DNA of 59,728 bases, the filler included, from Globobulimina sp. (Eukaryota), in assembly GCA_003354225.1 (NCBI GenBank). It is 13 parts of 13 records of this genome, joined end to end, with 100 filler letters (N's around TTAATTAATTAA, not from the genome) between each part and the next. Parts side by side here need not be neighbours in the genome. Positions count along the whole stretch, not along the records: positions 32,239 to 36,739 come from PIVH01001184.1; positions 36,840 to 41,339 come from PIVH01001185.1; positions 41,440 to 45,938 come from PIVH01001186.1; positions 46,039 to 50,536 come from PIVH01001187.1; 9 more parts are not named here. One strand, given 5' to 3'. The notes under the pieces were generated by a model. The model saw nothing but the letters and a program-made list of their open reading frames with translations, ran no database searches and was not told the origin of the DNA. Below, piece by piece: positions 36,364 through 47,248 of this stretch. Position 1 is the first letter of the stretch, and the number at the start of each line of letters is the position of its first letter. The position numbers were made by a program, and so were the translations under genes.

Positions 36364-36739
36364 TTACAATCGTGATACAAGTTTCTTGCACTCTCTCCAT
36401 TCTCTATCCAACCCACTCCTCTCCGGTTTATTATCCAAAATCTGTTCAATCCTGTCCACATATCTCTCTGTAATCTTATTCGCTGCCTCAATCGTTCCCA
36501 TGATCGCTGAATCGATCTGCTTTGCTTTCGTTGACCCCAACAAACACGTGCTCACATTCCCATTCTTTATGAGCCATCCAATGACCAAATTAACCAATGA
36601 CACATTCAATTCCTTTGCAATTTCGTGCAACTGTGCCACTTCCTTCAACTTACCATCAGTCACATAGTCCAAATGACCCTTGAATGACCCCAAGGGATTA
36701 CCGCCACTCAACCTTCCATCTTTCGGCGCTGCCCTTTTG
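36364..36739 (-). CDS. Aldo-keto reductase (Kv-beta-like), C-terminal part
   Basis: L.EIAKELNVSLVNLVIGWLIKNGNVSTCLLGSTKAKQI matches the AKR/Kv-beta C-terminal motif. Confidence 0.8.
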
Positions 36740-36924
36740 NNNNNNNNNNNNNNNNNNNNNNNNNNNNNNNNNNNNNNNNNNNNTTAATTAATTAANNNNN
36801 NNNNNNNNNNNNNNNNNNNNNNNNNNNNNNNNNNNNNNNCGTTTCTCCCACAAAACAAATTTTGTTACATTCACTCATCATAAATACAATTTTGATGATG
36901 AATGTGAGAATATGAATAAAATCT

Positions 36925-36998
36925 GCCCACTTGGTCTAGTTGGTTATGACATCTGCTCAACACGCAGAGGGTCGCGAGTTCGAGTCTCGCAGTGGGTA
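36925..36998 (+). tRNA. tRNA-Val (AAC)
   Basis: Acceptor stem GCCCACT/AGTGGGT, D arm GGTCTAGTTGGTTATGAC, anticodon stem TCTGC/GCAGA with loop TCAACAC, T arm GCGAG-TTCGAGT-CTCGC. No encoded CCA; a downstream T run fits a Pol III terminator. Confidence 0.9.
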
Positions 36999-37210
36999 AA
37001 TTCTTATTTTTTTTGAAAGCAAATTAAATCAATTTATTAAATAATCGGTAAAGTAGGAGTGTGGTAATTGTGGTTTGTTCTACTATTCAAATTAAATTGA
37101 GTCGTTCAAATAAAAAAAATCAACATCGTCAATAATATAGTATTATTTGCATTTAATTTTATGATATATATTGCATATTTTGTGACGTCAGAAACAATAT
37201 TTAAAAAAAT

Positions 37211-38695
37211 ATGGCCAAGAAACAAAATCAAAAAGATAAAAACAAAGAGAATAAATCATCTGATGATGCTAACACTGAAAATACACAAAATATTCATCAA
37301 ATACAAGTTCACGAAAAAAATCAAATCTTAAACAGTCAATGCGAATTACTCGCGGAACAACTAATAAAATACAAAGATGAATCATCAGAAACCGCAAAAT
37401 TAGCAACCAAATTAAAACATGAATTGCGAAAACATGATTTAAAAACCACAGAAATGGTCGCTTATTTACAAAATGAGATTCACCAAAAAGATGCACAAAT
37501 AGAAAAATTAAAAAACGCAAATTATTCATTAAAAACAGAGACCGAAAACCATCAACAACTGCGACAAACAGCGTTATATGAAATAGAACAAAAACACCTC
37601 TCTACCTTTAACGATATGGAAGCAACATTGAAAAATAAAATTCTTTTACTTGAACGAGAAGTGGACAGTTTGAAATATGTGAAAAACAATAAAGAAGAAA
37701 TAGAAAAGGCTCTATTTGTCGCCAAAGCTACAATGGAAGCACAAGCAAAAAAATTTAAGCTATCAATCGATTCACTCGAAAGCAAATATATTGTCGATAC
37801 ACAACGGATTCGCAATGCGACAGATAAACAAATCATAAATTTAAAGAATAGAGCGAGGGATTTGGCTGAACAAGAATTGGATGCTCAATCCAGGCATTTA
37901 CGCCTTGAAAATAAAAAAATGAAAAAAGACTTGTCATTTCATTGCGAGACAACATCCAAATTACACAAAGACAACCAAAATAAAACAAATGATATACAAA
38001 TATTAAACAGAGATATTGAGCTATTGAAAGAGAATCAAATTCAGCAATCAAAGCAAGCAGTTTGTTATAAGCAACGCATTAAACAAATAAATACGAAATG
38101 CCATGAATTAGAAAATAAGTTTTCAAGCGCTACAGACGAATGGCATAAAATACGAAGGGACATAGTTACACAATTTGAGAAAGAATTAGATTCATATAAG
38201 AAAAATTGTAAATCATTCAAATCTAAAAATAAAAGCATACAAAATGAATTAAATGCATTTAAAGGTTACGCGAAAAAATTGATAGCACAAAGAAGTGAAA
38301 TAGAAGAGTTTTTTCATGCGGCTTTAAATGAAACTAAACAAAAAGCACAGAAACGTTTACAACATAGTTATCAACAACAATTAAATGAATACTCCGATTC
38401 ATTGACAAAAATAGGATTAAATGTAAATTCGATTCAAGATCAACGCATTGCAACTGATGAAATTTGTATTAAGCCACCAAATAAAGTAGATACGGTTATA
38501 AAATTAGAGCATCTTACATTAGCAGAAAAAGAACATGTTTTAAAAGTATTAATCTCAAAAATAAATTGCCAGCGTAATATGCAAGCAGCTTTGATGAAGA
38601 ATAAGATCAATGCCAAGAAATCACCAAAAAAAATAATAAATGATGAGGCAAATAATTATAATAAAACATTTATGACACAAAAACAGATTGTTTAA
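37211..38695 (+). CDS. BBOF1: Basal body orientation factor 1 (CCDC176)-like coiled-coil protein
   Basis: Long coiled coil with L.AQRSEIEEFF..AL and C-terminal LEHLTLAEKEHVLKVLISKIN, resembling DLTWEQKEKVLRLLFAKMN. Confidence 0.7.
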   Translation: MAKKQNQKDKNKENKSSDDANTENTQNIHQIQVHEKNQILNSQCELLAEQLIKYKDESSETAKLATKLKHELRKHDLKTTEMVAYLQNEIHQKDAQIEKLKNANYSLKTETENHQQLRQTALYEIEQKHLSTFNDMEATLKNKILLLEREVDSLKYVKNNKEEIEKALFVAKATMEAQAKKFKLSIDSLESKYIVDTQRIRNATDKQIINLKNRARDLAEQELDAQSRHLRLENKKMKKDLSFHCETTSKLHKDNQNKTNDIQILNRDIELLKENQIQQSKQAVCYKQRIKQINTKCHELENKFSSATDEWHKIRRDIVTQFEKELDSYKKNCKSFKSKNKSIQNELNAFKGYAKKLIAQRSEIEEFFHAALNETKQKAQKRLQHSYQQQLNEYSDSLTKIGLNVNSIQDQRIATDEICIKPPNKVDTVIKLEHLTLAEKEHVLKVLISKINCQRNMQAALMKNKINAKKSPKKIINDEANNYNKTFMTQKQIV

Positions 38696-38821
38696 TTTTT
38701 GTAAGTGCGTCCGGACTTAATTGTGCTTGAAAACTAGATTTTTTGCATGAAGGTCAACAGTAACAAAGCGATTTTTGCATTCACTCTAATTTTCTGTAGT
38801 GTAAAATAACTAGAATCCCTC

Positions 38822-40912
38822 ATGGCAGAAGCAAAAGAAGCAAAGTCTGACTATGACGAGACAGATGATTTATGTGTACGCAACATTGGTACCTTCTGTG
38901 CAGACGTAGTCCAAAAGGCCAATTCAGGCCATCCAGGCGCCCCGATGGGTATGGCAGCCATAGCCCATGTATTATGGAGCCGAATATTAAACGCATCGAG
39001 CGCCAACAGTGCCTATCCAAACCGGGATCGTTTCATATTATCCAATGGCCATGCTTGCACCTTACAATATACCATGTTACATTTAAATGGCTATAAAGTG
39101 TCTATGGATGATTTAAAATCCTTCCGTCAATTCGACAGTATCACACCCGGACATCCCGAGAATACATTAACAGACGGCGTAGAATGTTCATCTGGTCCCT
39201 TGGGTCAAGGTATCGCGCAAGCAGTGGGACAAGCGATCGCTGCCAAATATGTGCAATCCATGTTCGGTGCGGACTTATTCGATAACCGCATCTATGTCTT
39301 TTGTGGCGACGGCTGTATGCAAGAAGGCGTAGCCTCTGAGGCCTGCTCATTAGCCGCACACTTAAAGTTAAATAATTTAATCATAATCTACGATGATAAC
39401 AATATCACCATCGACGGCCACACCAACTTGTCCTTCACCGAAGATGTCGGAAAACGCTTCGAAGCGTACGGTTTCAACGTATTGTATGTAGCCGACGGTA
39501 ATCGCGATTTAGCCGCGATCGAAGCGAGCATCCGTACCGCCAGAAACAGTGTGGATAAACCTACCTTGATCTGCGTGAAAACAGTGATTGGATATGGCTC
39601 AAATAAGGAGAATACGCACGGCGTTCATGGCGCGCCTTTAGGCAGTGACAGTTTGGCCGGTTACAAAAAGAAAATGGGCTTCGACCCAGCCCAAACCTTC
39701 GTGATCGACGCCAAAGTCTATCAACGCTACAAAGACACCTTCATTGCGCGCGGAAATGCGCTGGAAAGCAAATGGAATGTCCGCAAAGAAGCATATTGCA
39801 AAAAATTTCCAGAAAAAGCAAAGGTACTCAACCGGTTATTAGCGGGCACATTGCCGGAGAAATGGGAGGATGCGCTGCCAAAATACGATGAAACATCAAA
39901 AGTTAACGCCACGCGGAGTATCAACGGAGAGGTTTTGAATGCGATCGTTGAGATAATACCGGAAATCATCGGCGGCGCTGCGGATTTAACGCCGTCTACC
40001 AAGACATTGTTGAAATGTTCGCACGATTTCCAGGCCAATAGTCGCGACGGTCGCTATTTGCGATTTGGAGTGCGAGAGTTTGCTATGTTCGCCATTGCCA
40101 ATGGCATCGCCTCGTATGGCTGTAATTTGGTGCCATTTACTGCCACTTTTTTGAATTTTTTGACCTACGGATATGGCGCAGTGCGGTTAGGGGCGTTGTC
40201 GCATTTGCGGCAGATTTATATCATGACGCATGACAGCGTGTTATTGGGGGAAGACGGCCCAACCCACCAACCGGTGGAGGTGATCGCGTGTTGCAGAGCG
40301 TTGCCCAATATGTTGACCTTTCGGCCCTGTGATGGCAATGAAATATGCCAAGTGTGGAGGCTTATGTTGAATCGGTGTAATGGGCCGTCGGTTATATGTC
40401 TGTCGCGGCAGAAAGTGAACACGAACATTGTCAGTAAGTATACGAAGAGCAGAGCGGAGAAAGGCGTGTCCAATGGGTTGTATGTGTTGAATGAAGAGGA
40501 GAAGTCTGACGCGGCGGATGTCATTGTGATCGCGACCGGGAGTGAGGTGGAGTTGGCGTTGGATGCAGCACGGCAGTTAGCTGCGGATAAGAAGCTCACT
40601 GTTCGTGTTGTGTCGGGTGTCTGTTTGGAGTTGTTTGATGCGATGGATTTGCGATATAGAGAGGCGGTGTTGAGGCCGAATCAGGGGAAGAATACTTTGG
40701 TGCTTTCGTTGGAGGCGTCTTTGCTGTTTGGATGGGCGAAATATTCACATAAACAGTTTGGTGTTCCTGGATTTGGGAAATCTGCACCTTTGGCGAAAAT
40801 AAGGGAAACGTATGGTTTTACTGCAAAAGCATTTGCTGACAATAGTGTGAAAACGCTGGAATTGTGGAAGGGGAAAGAAATACCATTGTTGCCTATTTTG
40901 TATCCAAATTGA
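38822..40912 (+). CDS. TKT: Transketolase
   Basis: SGHPGAPMG, NRDRFILSNGH, TPGHPE, GDGCMQEG..DDNNITIDG, FGVREFAM and THDS..LGEDGPTHQP; complete 696 aa. Confidence 0.98.
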   Translation: MAEAKEAKSDYDETDDLCVRNIGTFCADVVQKANSGHPGAPMGMAAIAHVLWSRILNASSANSAYPNRDRFILSNGHACTLQYTMLHLNGYKVSMDDLKSFRQFDSITPGHPENTLTDGVECSSGPLGQGIAQAVGQAIAAKYVQSMFGADLFDNRIYVFCGDGCMQEGVASEACSLAAHLKLNNLIIIYDDNNITIDGHTNLSFTEDVGKRFEAYGFNVLYVADGNRDLAAIEASIRTARNSVDKPTLICVKTVIGYGSNKENTHGVHGAPLGSDSLAGYKKKMGFDPAQTFVIDAKVYQRYKDTFIARGNALESKWNVRKEAYCKKFPEKAKVLNRLLAGTLPEKWEDALPKYDETSKVNATRSINGEVLNAIVEIIPEIIGGAADLTPSTKTLLKCSHDFQANSRDGRYLRFGVREFAMFAIANGIASYGCNLVPFTATFLNFLTYGYGAVRLGALSHLRQIYIMTHDSVLLGEDGPTHQPVEVIACCRALPNMLTFRPCDGNEICQVWRLMLNRCNGPSVICLSRQKVNTNIVSKYTKSRAEKGVSNGLYVLNEEEKSDAADVIVIATGSEVELALDAARQLAADKKLTVRVVSGVCLELFDAMDLRYREAVLRPNQGKNTLVLSLEASLLFGWAKYSHKQFGVPGFGKSAPLAKIRETYGFTAKAFADNSVKTLELWKGKEIPLLPILYPN

Positions 40913-41015
40913 TTCATATAACAAATTAACAATATTTTATATTAAGGTTGTTTAATTTTCCTTTGTTTATATGCATAGACTAGTTTTGCTACAGATTTTG
41001 CACTTGCTTCGGTTC

Positions 41016-41339
41016 ATGGCACAACAAGGAAAATGTTGTGAACTTGAGGTTGGGAAATGGCTGAAAGCCAATAAACTTGGTCAATTTTATGATTTGTTTA
41101 AATCGAGGGATATCGCAATAGAGCAAATTGCCGAGTTGGACGATATTGGCATAGAAGAGTTTGCGACGCAAACCTTAAAATTAGATATTTTATCAAAAAA
41201 AAGATTTATCAACGCAGTCAACAAAATAAAACAAAAGAAGCAATCATCAGTCATTATACCAAGAAAAAAGCGCCATGTTATAATATCATCCGCAGAAAAC
41301 GAAGGAATGCTAAAACTGTATGAAAGATTTGACGAATGC
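41016..41339 (+). CDS. SAM-domain protein, 5' fragment
   Basis: VGKWLKANKL..FYDLF.....I.....LD...........L.IL.KKRFINAV.KI fits a SAM pattern. Confidence 0.6.
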
Positions 41340-41439
41340 NNNNNNNNNNNNNNNNNNNNNNNNNNNNNNNNNNNNNNNNNNNNTTAATTAATTAANNNNN
41401 NNNNNNNNNNNNNNNNNNNNNNNNNNNNNNNNNNNNNNN

Positions 41440-42489
41440 TTATTAAGATTGTAAGAGAACGTCAACCCGATATATTAGTCCATCTGTTCCATCCTTCACA
41501 AATATAATTAAATGAATTGGGAGCATGCGAATTTGATGTTGTTACTATTACATTTGAAAGTGTTGCATTTGCTGCATCATGCCACGGATCTCCAAAATAC
41601 ATTGTTCGGTGAAACATGATTGGATGAGAAGCTGTCTCATTGTCATAAACACTCATATTATTCATTGTGATTGTTAAACGTTGCTGAGTTTGATACAATG
41701 TGACATGATATAATGTGCTCAAATTGACCACATCCGATGTATGAACGGGATCGAAATTAGAAACCAGAGAAAAACGCAAATAAAACTTCTAATTACATGT
41801 AATATTTTTGAGATCACAAACAGATTAAAACTGATTTAAACATATATAGTACGTACCTGCGAGCCAGAAATACAAATTCCAGGAAAGCTTTGGCTGATAT
41901 TAGTATCCCCAAAATGCAATATTGTAGCACAGGATTCCGGATATGAATGCAGTATGACATCAAATTCAACATACACTTCATCTAAAATGTCAATGTAGCC
42001 AATGCTATGATTGGATGTAGGTATTCGTTGATAATCTGACGGATCTTTGAGGATATAGATAGGTTTTGGATAGTTACATAGTGCATATCTTAAATTGGAG
42101 CACTGTGCATCATTCCAAAAACCATGCATTGCTGCCTTCATTTCAACACAGTCTTCAGTGCCACTGTAATAATCGTTAGGTTCATTGGTAAACCATGGGG
42201 GAGATATTCCAATGGGATTGTTTCCATACTCAAACGAAGTGCTATCAACATATGTCCACAAATTAGTAATTTCAGTCAAACCAATCCATACGCTATAGGT
42301 TCCTCTGGTTCTGTTAGCATCTATCAATGCCTGTAATGTGTGAATTGATGCCAAATGTCGATCGTAATTAAAAAGACATAAAGCGTCTGCGTCTTCAAAA
42401 TTAAGAGCTTCCTTTTGCAACATATAAGACTGGGAATGGAGAGTGTGGAATCTGATGACCATTACCAACAATATAATCAGAGTTGCCAT
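41440..42489 (-). CDS. Secreted/surface C-type lectin domain protein, multi-exon, partial
   Basis: Signal peptide; A...C.....HLASIH, WIGL, W..NEPND, EDCVE and WNDAQC....ALC. A beta-rich domain continues after an intron into ORF 41462-41779. Confidence 0.85.
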
Positions 42490-42541
42490 GATTTCAAATA
42501 ATAAAATGTGTACTGACTGTACTTGACTGAAACACTGAGTT

Positions 42542-43666
42542 ATGACTTCTACGACTCACGGAAACCAACGCGCACGGTTTCAGCTGTTGATAATTGGTTA
42601 CCTGGTAAGTCTGTCCAATCATACTATACAAACATGCATCATTGACTTAATAACCAAATTTTATAATCCACTGTCAATTCCACCATCCACTTTAATTTCA
42701 TTTCCATTCCAATTGTCTCAACAAAAAAAACAATACTTAATCTCTGGATTTATACGAAAGCTAACATCGTTTTTAATACCTGAATTGATAAAACTATGTC
42801 TGTTGTTCTATGACGAAGTCTATCATTGGCTGATTTACTGCAAACAATTAGAAAAACTACAAGTTGATGAAAAAGTGTATTCGCAACAATTCAGTTATGA
42901 TGAAATTACATTCAAATATTCATTAATTAAACGCATTAATAAATTTACGAAACAAATGGTGTTTTCAAAGCACATCGAACTAATCACAGCGCCCAAATAT
43001 GTAAAAGATATTGCTTTATACTCAGAGATATATTGTCCAACAAACAATGATCGATGGAAATCTACAAGAATATTATTAGCGAAATCTAAAAATAATCATT
43101 CCAATATTGGTTCTATTACAGAACAGCAAGTCCAACAAAACTCGAATGTATCCTTTGTTAATATAATGAAAATAGTGCGTATTGACATGGAGCAAACTCA
43201 CAGAGCGGTTCCGATAATGTTTGATAAATATTATTTGAATGCAGTCACTAAATTTGAATGGTCCGTTGATAGGAAATATTTGGAAAAATGTAGATTGGGA
43301 CAAACAATATTTAGCCCAAATTCAGAAAATAATACATTTACAATGCAGATACGTCCATTCTTTAGAGAGGCGGCGCCAAATTGTTTGTTTGGTGTACGCT
43401 TATTGGTATTACCCAGACGAGTTAAAAAAATTGATACAACTGTTATTTATAGCAACAGCAATATGGACAGTTTGACCAAACATTGGATATTTTCATACAC
43501 TGAAGCTGGAATGGGACATATTATGGGGATTGAAAAATTGATTGGAAAGAAACGGGCCAATCCGAAAGTGACCAATGTTGTTTTTGTGACAGTACATGAT
43601 GTTTATGATATGAATGACCAACGTATCTCAAGGGATGATTGGCAAGAATACGGTGTATATTATTGA
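42542..43666 (+). CDS. Uncharacterised protein with duplicated 'LI.G[FY]....I..LI..FY' motif and two MATH-like beta domains
   Basis: The motif occurs twice at the N-terminus. Two repeats of the pattern '.W.I...LEK....+.S..F....F...+' follow. Confidence 0.55.
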   Translation: MTSTTHGNQRARFQLLIIGYLVSLSNHTIQTCIIDLITKFYNPLSIPPSTLISFPFQLSQQKKQYLISGFIRKLTSFLIPELIKLCLLFYDEVYHWLIYCKQLEKLQVDEKVYSQQFSYDEITFKYSLIKRINKFTKQMVFSKHIELITAPKYVKDIALYSEIYCPTNNDRWKSTRILLAKSKNNHSNIGSITEQQVQQNSNVSFVNIMKIVRIDMEQTHRAVPIMFDKYYLNAVTKFEWSVDRKYLEKCRLGQTIFSPNSENNTFTMQIRPFFREAAPNCLFGVRLLVLPRRVKKIDTTVIYSNSNMDSLTKHWIFSYTEAGMGHIMGIEKLIGKKRANPKVTNVVFVTVHDVYDMNDQRISRDDWQEYGVYY

Positions 43667-43784
43667 TGAGATGGGTACTTTTTCTAAATCATAAAATGTG
43701 ATCATATTTTAAACTATGAGTTGAAACAAATATAACGTACACACAGCTGTACAATATCTGTATAAAAAACCGTAACTTTGCATC

Positions 43785-45326
43785 ATGGCTCTTTCTACTG
43801 ATTCACAAAATGATGCAACAACAAGTGATCCGACTTCGAACGCCGCAATACCAGGTACGTATTTTGTTTGTTTCCTAATTCTTATTCTAATTAACTTTTA
43901 TTTGTCAGCTCATCTCTCCATTACTTCCATTTCGTCGATTCGCTATGCACAGCAAAACCAAACACAAAGATTTATGTCGTTTGACAATTGTTTTAAACGA
44001 TTAATGAATATAGAATGTATTAAGGACCACATTGATATTGAATTTGAAAAATTTGGATCATTTCGACTATTTTGTGCTTTTTTTACTTTATACATTATTT
44101 CGTTGATCGATATCGTGACTGATATTCTTTTAGCTTTTTCCATATCACGAATTCCGCCGTTTGTATTAAAATTATAATGGGAGACGGTGCATTCGTACTA
44201 ATTGTTATTACGGCGTGGTTCTCTACATTAACCGCAGTAATTTATTCCTTTTATTTTAAATATATCAAAGCATTTAAAGTGATGCATAGATATAAAATTA
44301 GTTTCTGGTCATCAATAAAATATGTTTCGTTGTACACCGCATTAAAATGCGATATGCAATATCAAAAGCTTATGAATGATACCAATCGGTATAGACTCAT
44401 GGCCTTATTCTTTGAGGATGCTTTGCAATTTGCCATCGCGCTGCTGATTAGTTTCTATATCCCCAAAGCTGATATTTTTGTGATTTTGTCAATGTATTTA
44501 TCGGCCACTGCCATTTGTTACCATTTTGCAAAGATGATTCAATGGGAAATGCGTGATTATATTCGTAAAAACGCAAAACGATGTTTTCAAAAATGTGCAT
44601 CTTTGGGAATCAATAAAGTTTGCAATATATTTTGCAAATTTGTCATATTTGGTGGTATTGCCTTTGCTGTGGTACTTTTATTATTAATACCAATTTGGAG
44701 ATCATATGAACGGTTTGAACAAACTGTTTATGCGGATTATGGATTTATAATTGCTGATATTCGATATAATATTGAATATTTGCATATTAATATCATTAAT
44801 AACACACATCAATGTTGAGCTTTTGAGTGGGAAATAAATGAAATATCCAATTGCTATTATTGTTATTTTAATGATTAAGATATTTCGCTCATTTCCCGCT
44901 CAAAATATTCTATATTTAGATGAAGATTTTTATGAAATAACTTCTGTTGATTTAACAACGACAATAGATGAAGATACTCGATATTTATGTATTGATGCTA
45001 ATTTAGATGAATTTAATAAGGGAGTACATATTGATGAGACTGGAATGTCTGTGAACGATGATAGCAGATCGAAGCCGGTGACTTGTTTTAAAGTGAATAA
45101 ACGGAAACTATTAATTTGGTTTATTTACGACACTTTTGCACAATGTTATGAATCAAAGAATGAATTAAAATGGACAGAAAATGGACATCTATTGGAACAA
45201 CCGAATGATTTTATTTTTTATCAATCATGGAACGATGATCAGGACTCTGCTCAAGAAATGTCATTTGATGGGGAATGGAAAATTTCTTATAGCTCTACAA
45301 ATACTGCATTTTGTGATGATTTCTAA
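43785..45326 (+). pseudogene. XK-like membrane protein gene broken into three frames
   Basis: DIVTDILLA and LFFEDALQFAI motifs. One probable intron (~43855-43908). Frame changes near 44170 and 44800-44840 lack clear splice sites. Confidence 0.45.
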
Positions 45327-45655
45327 TGTCATTCGAATGGTGGCATCAATTTTTCGTGTGTGTATATACATGTTATACCTGATGGAACGTACATGTTTTT
45401 AATGTTCTTTTGGTTTTTGATTGAACAATAATTATGAGCTTGCCACTGCAAGCTAAGGATATTGCGAAACCAAATCCTTCTAAAGCGAGAGAAAAGATAA
45501 CCCACACCCTGCAAAAGTCGAAACCCGATCACGTGACCTGGAGGGAGTTATTTATGGAGGGAGTTACCGGACGGGGATAATTGAATAGAAACACATATAA
45601 TCATTTTGGCCCACTATAATCACAACGATGCCAAACGTTGTTTTTAACTTAAAAA

Positions 45656-45938
45656 TTAAATGGTCATATATTCAACAGTCAGTGGTTTGTTGTTTGGACG
45701 TACAACTTTCTCATCAATTTCATCATAGCAATGCAATGCTTTTCTCCAGTTCTTAATTGTTGCGTCGAACCTGCTCTTTGAAACTTGCCTCAGTGGGTTT
45801 GGCATTTCTGGCTCACAATCAATACTTGCATAATTATGCCATCCTGTCGTATTTTTCCCGATATTTATCTTTCTTAATCTCCTCACAATTCGGTAAATCG
45901 GTGGGTGATTCACATTTGTTTGCTTTATTGTCTGTAAT
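45656..45938 (-). CDS. SLBP: Histone RNA stem-loop binding protein (SLBP) RNA-binding domain, partial
   Basis: RRLRKINIGKNTTGWHNY...P.P....SKSRFDATIKNWRKALHCYD matches the SLBP pattern RRQKQI.YGKNT.GY..Y...S.R.WD..I..WR..LH.WD. Confidence 0.85.
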
Positions 45939-46038
45939 NNNNNNNNNNNNNNNNNNNNNNNNNNNNNNNNNNNNNNNNNNNNTTAATTAATTAANNNNNN
46001 NNNNNNNNNNNNNNNNNNNNNNNNNNNNNNNNNNNNNN

Positions 46039-46965
46039 CCTGTTGACGCGAGATCTTTTCGGACTTGAATCGGCTCGAGATCCAATTCATTGGCAATGAC
46101 TGTACCGGATATAATTTCCACACCATCTTCTTTGAGGATATATTCGGGACTGTCAAATATAACTTCTGTGTTTAAGTTTGTCTTAAAAAGACCTTTTATT
46201 TCCATCATTACCAGCACTGGAAACAGGTATTGTTATGGGATGGGACCAGACAAACGCAAAAATGGACTCGCCTCAAATAATTGCCCAAAACTAACGCAAT
46301 ATCGCTGGTCGGGTCAATTAAAACTTTACAAAAACGCTTTGTTTCTTGTTTGTTATCGTCATAATCACCACACGAGTTTGCTGCGTCAGTGCTTTCATGA
46401 TCGCATTTCAATATTTCTTCAATGTCATATAATTTAAGGTAATATGGATTATCATCTCCAGTGCCTTGAATACGTATTTCCATAATTGCTAAACATGAAA
46501 TTTTATCTTCACATTGCATGGCTTGTCCCATAACGGAATGTTTATTCAATATCGCCATAAAATTTGCATTTTTTGCGGTTAATTTACCGTAAGGAATGTC
46601 TGCCGCGTTTTTGTTTCTTATTATAAATGTATAAAATGACATATTTTGTATATAAAATTCAAAATTTGTCGAATGATGATTAAAAAAAGACGATCGTCCT
46701 TGAATCAATCGTCTTTGGTAATCCTCAAATTTTCTCATTTCTTCGCTGGCTAATGTATAATCACATTTTTTTCGTGTTGCTATTTATTATATTAATATGG
46801 ACAAATAAAAAAACTGTTTCTGTGAAACATACCTGTTCGATATGACGTACTTGGCCATCCCTGTTTCTTTAATAACCATTGGTCAATTAATCGTTTTTGT
46901 TCTACTGAACCTAATGTGTCCCACCAAATCGTCTGCGTCTTAATTTCGTCTTCATGTCCCGCCAT
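46039..46965 (-). CDS. Hypothetical protein, three exons, partial
   Basis: Three consecutive same-strand ORFs (46792-46974, 46208-46738, 46039-46217) bounded by GT...AG signals. Confidence 0.5.
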
Positions 46966-47248
46966 ACTTCTCACTGCTTATCACTTCACGCACTAATATC
47001 AATTGTGAGGAACCCGAACCCAAAGGTAGCAACGATGGATAATTTCAAGCGGCTCCGGAATTACGTGATGAAAGTTGGTTAAGTTTAATATAAAAAAAAA
47101 AACTTTTTTTCCCAACAAATATATAATTTAATAACAACCTCATAATCTCACGGGGTGTTCCAACAATGTCTGTATTGACTCTGTAATTACAATTTTAATT
47201 AAAAGAAAAAACGTAAACGTTAAATGATACAATACACATTCTATTATC

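Noticed and set aside
35676-36400. Short ORFs between the hAT MITE and the aldo-keto reductase
   Set aside because: Stop-interrupted, with no identifiable family.
23546-40912. Alternative genetic code to explain split ORFs
   Set aside because: Conserved genes end normally at TAG (FKBP), TAA (ATP12) and TGA (transketolase). The splits are explained by short GT-AG introns or frameshifts.
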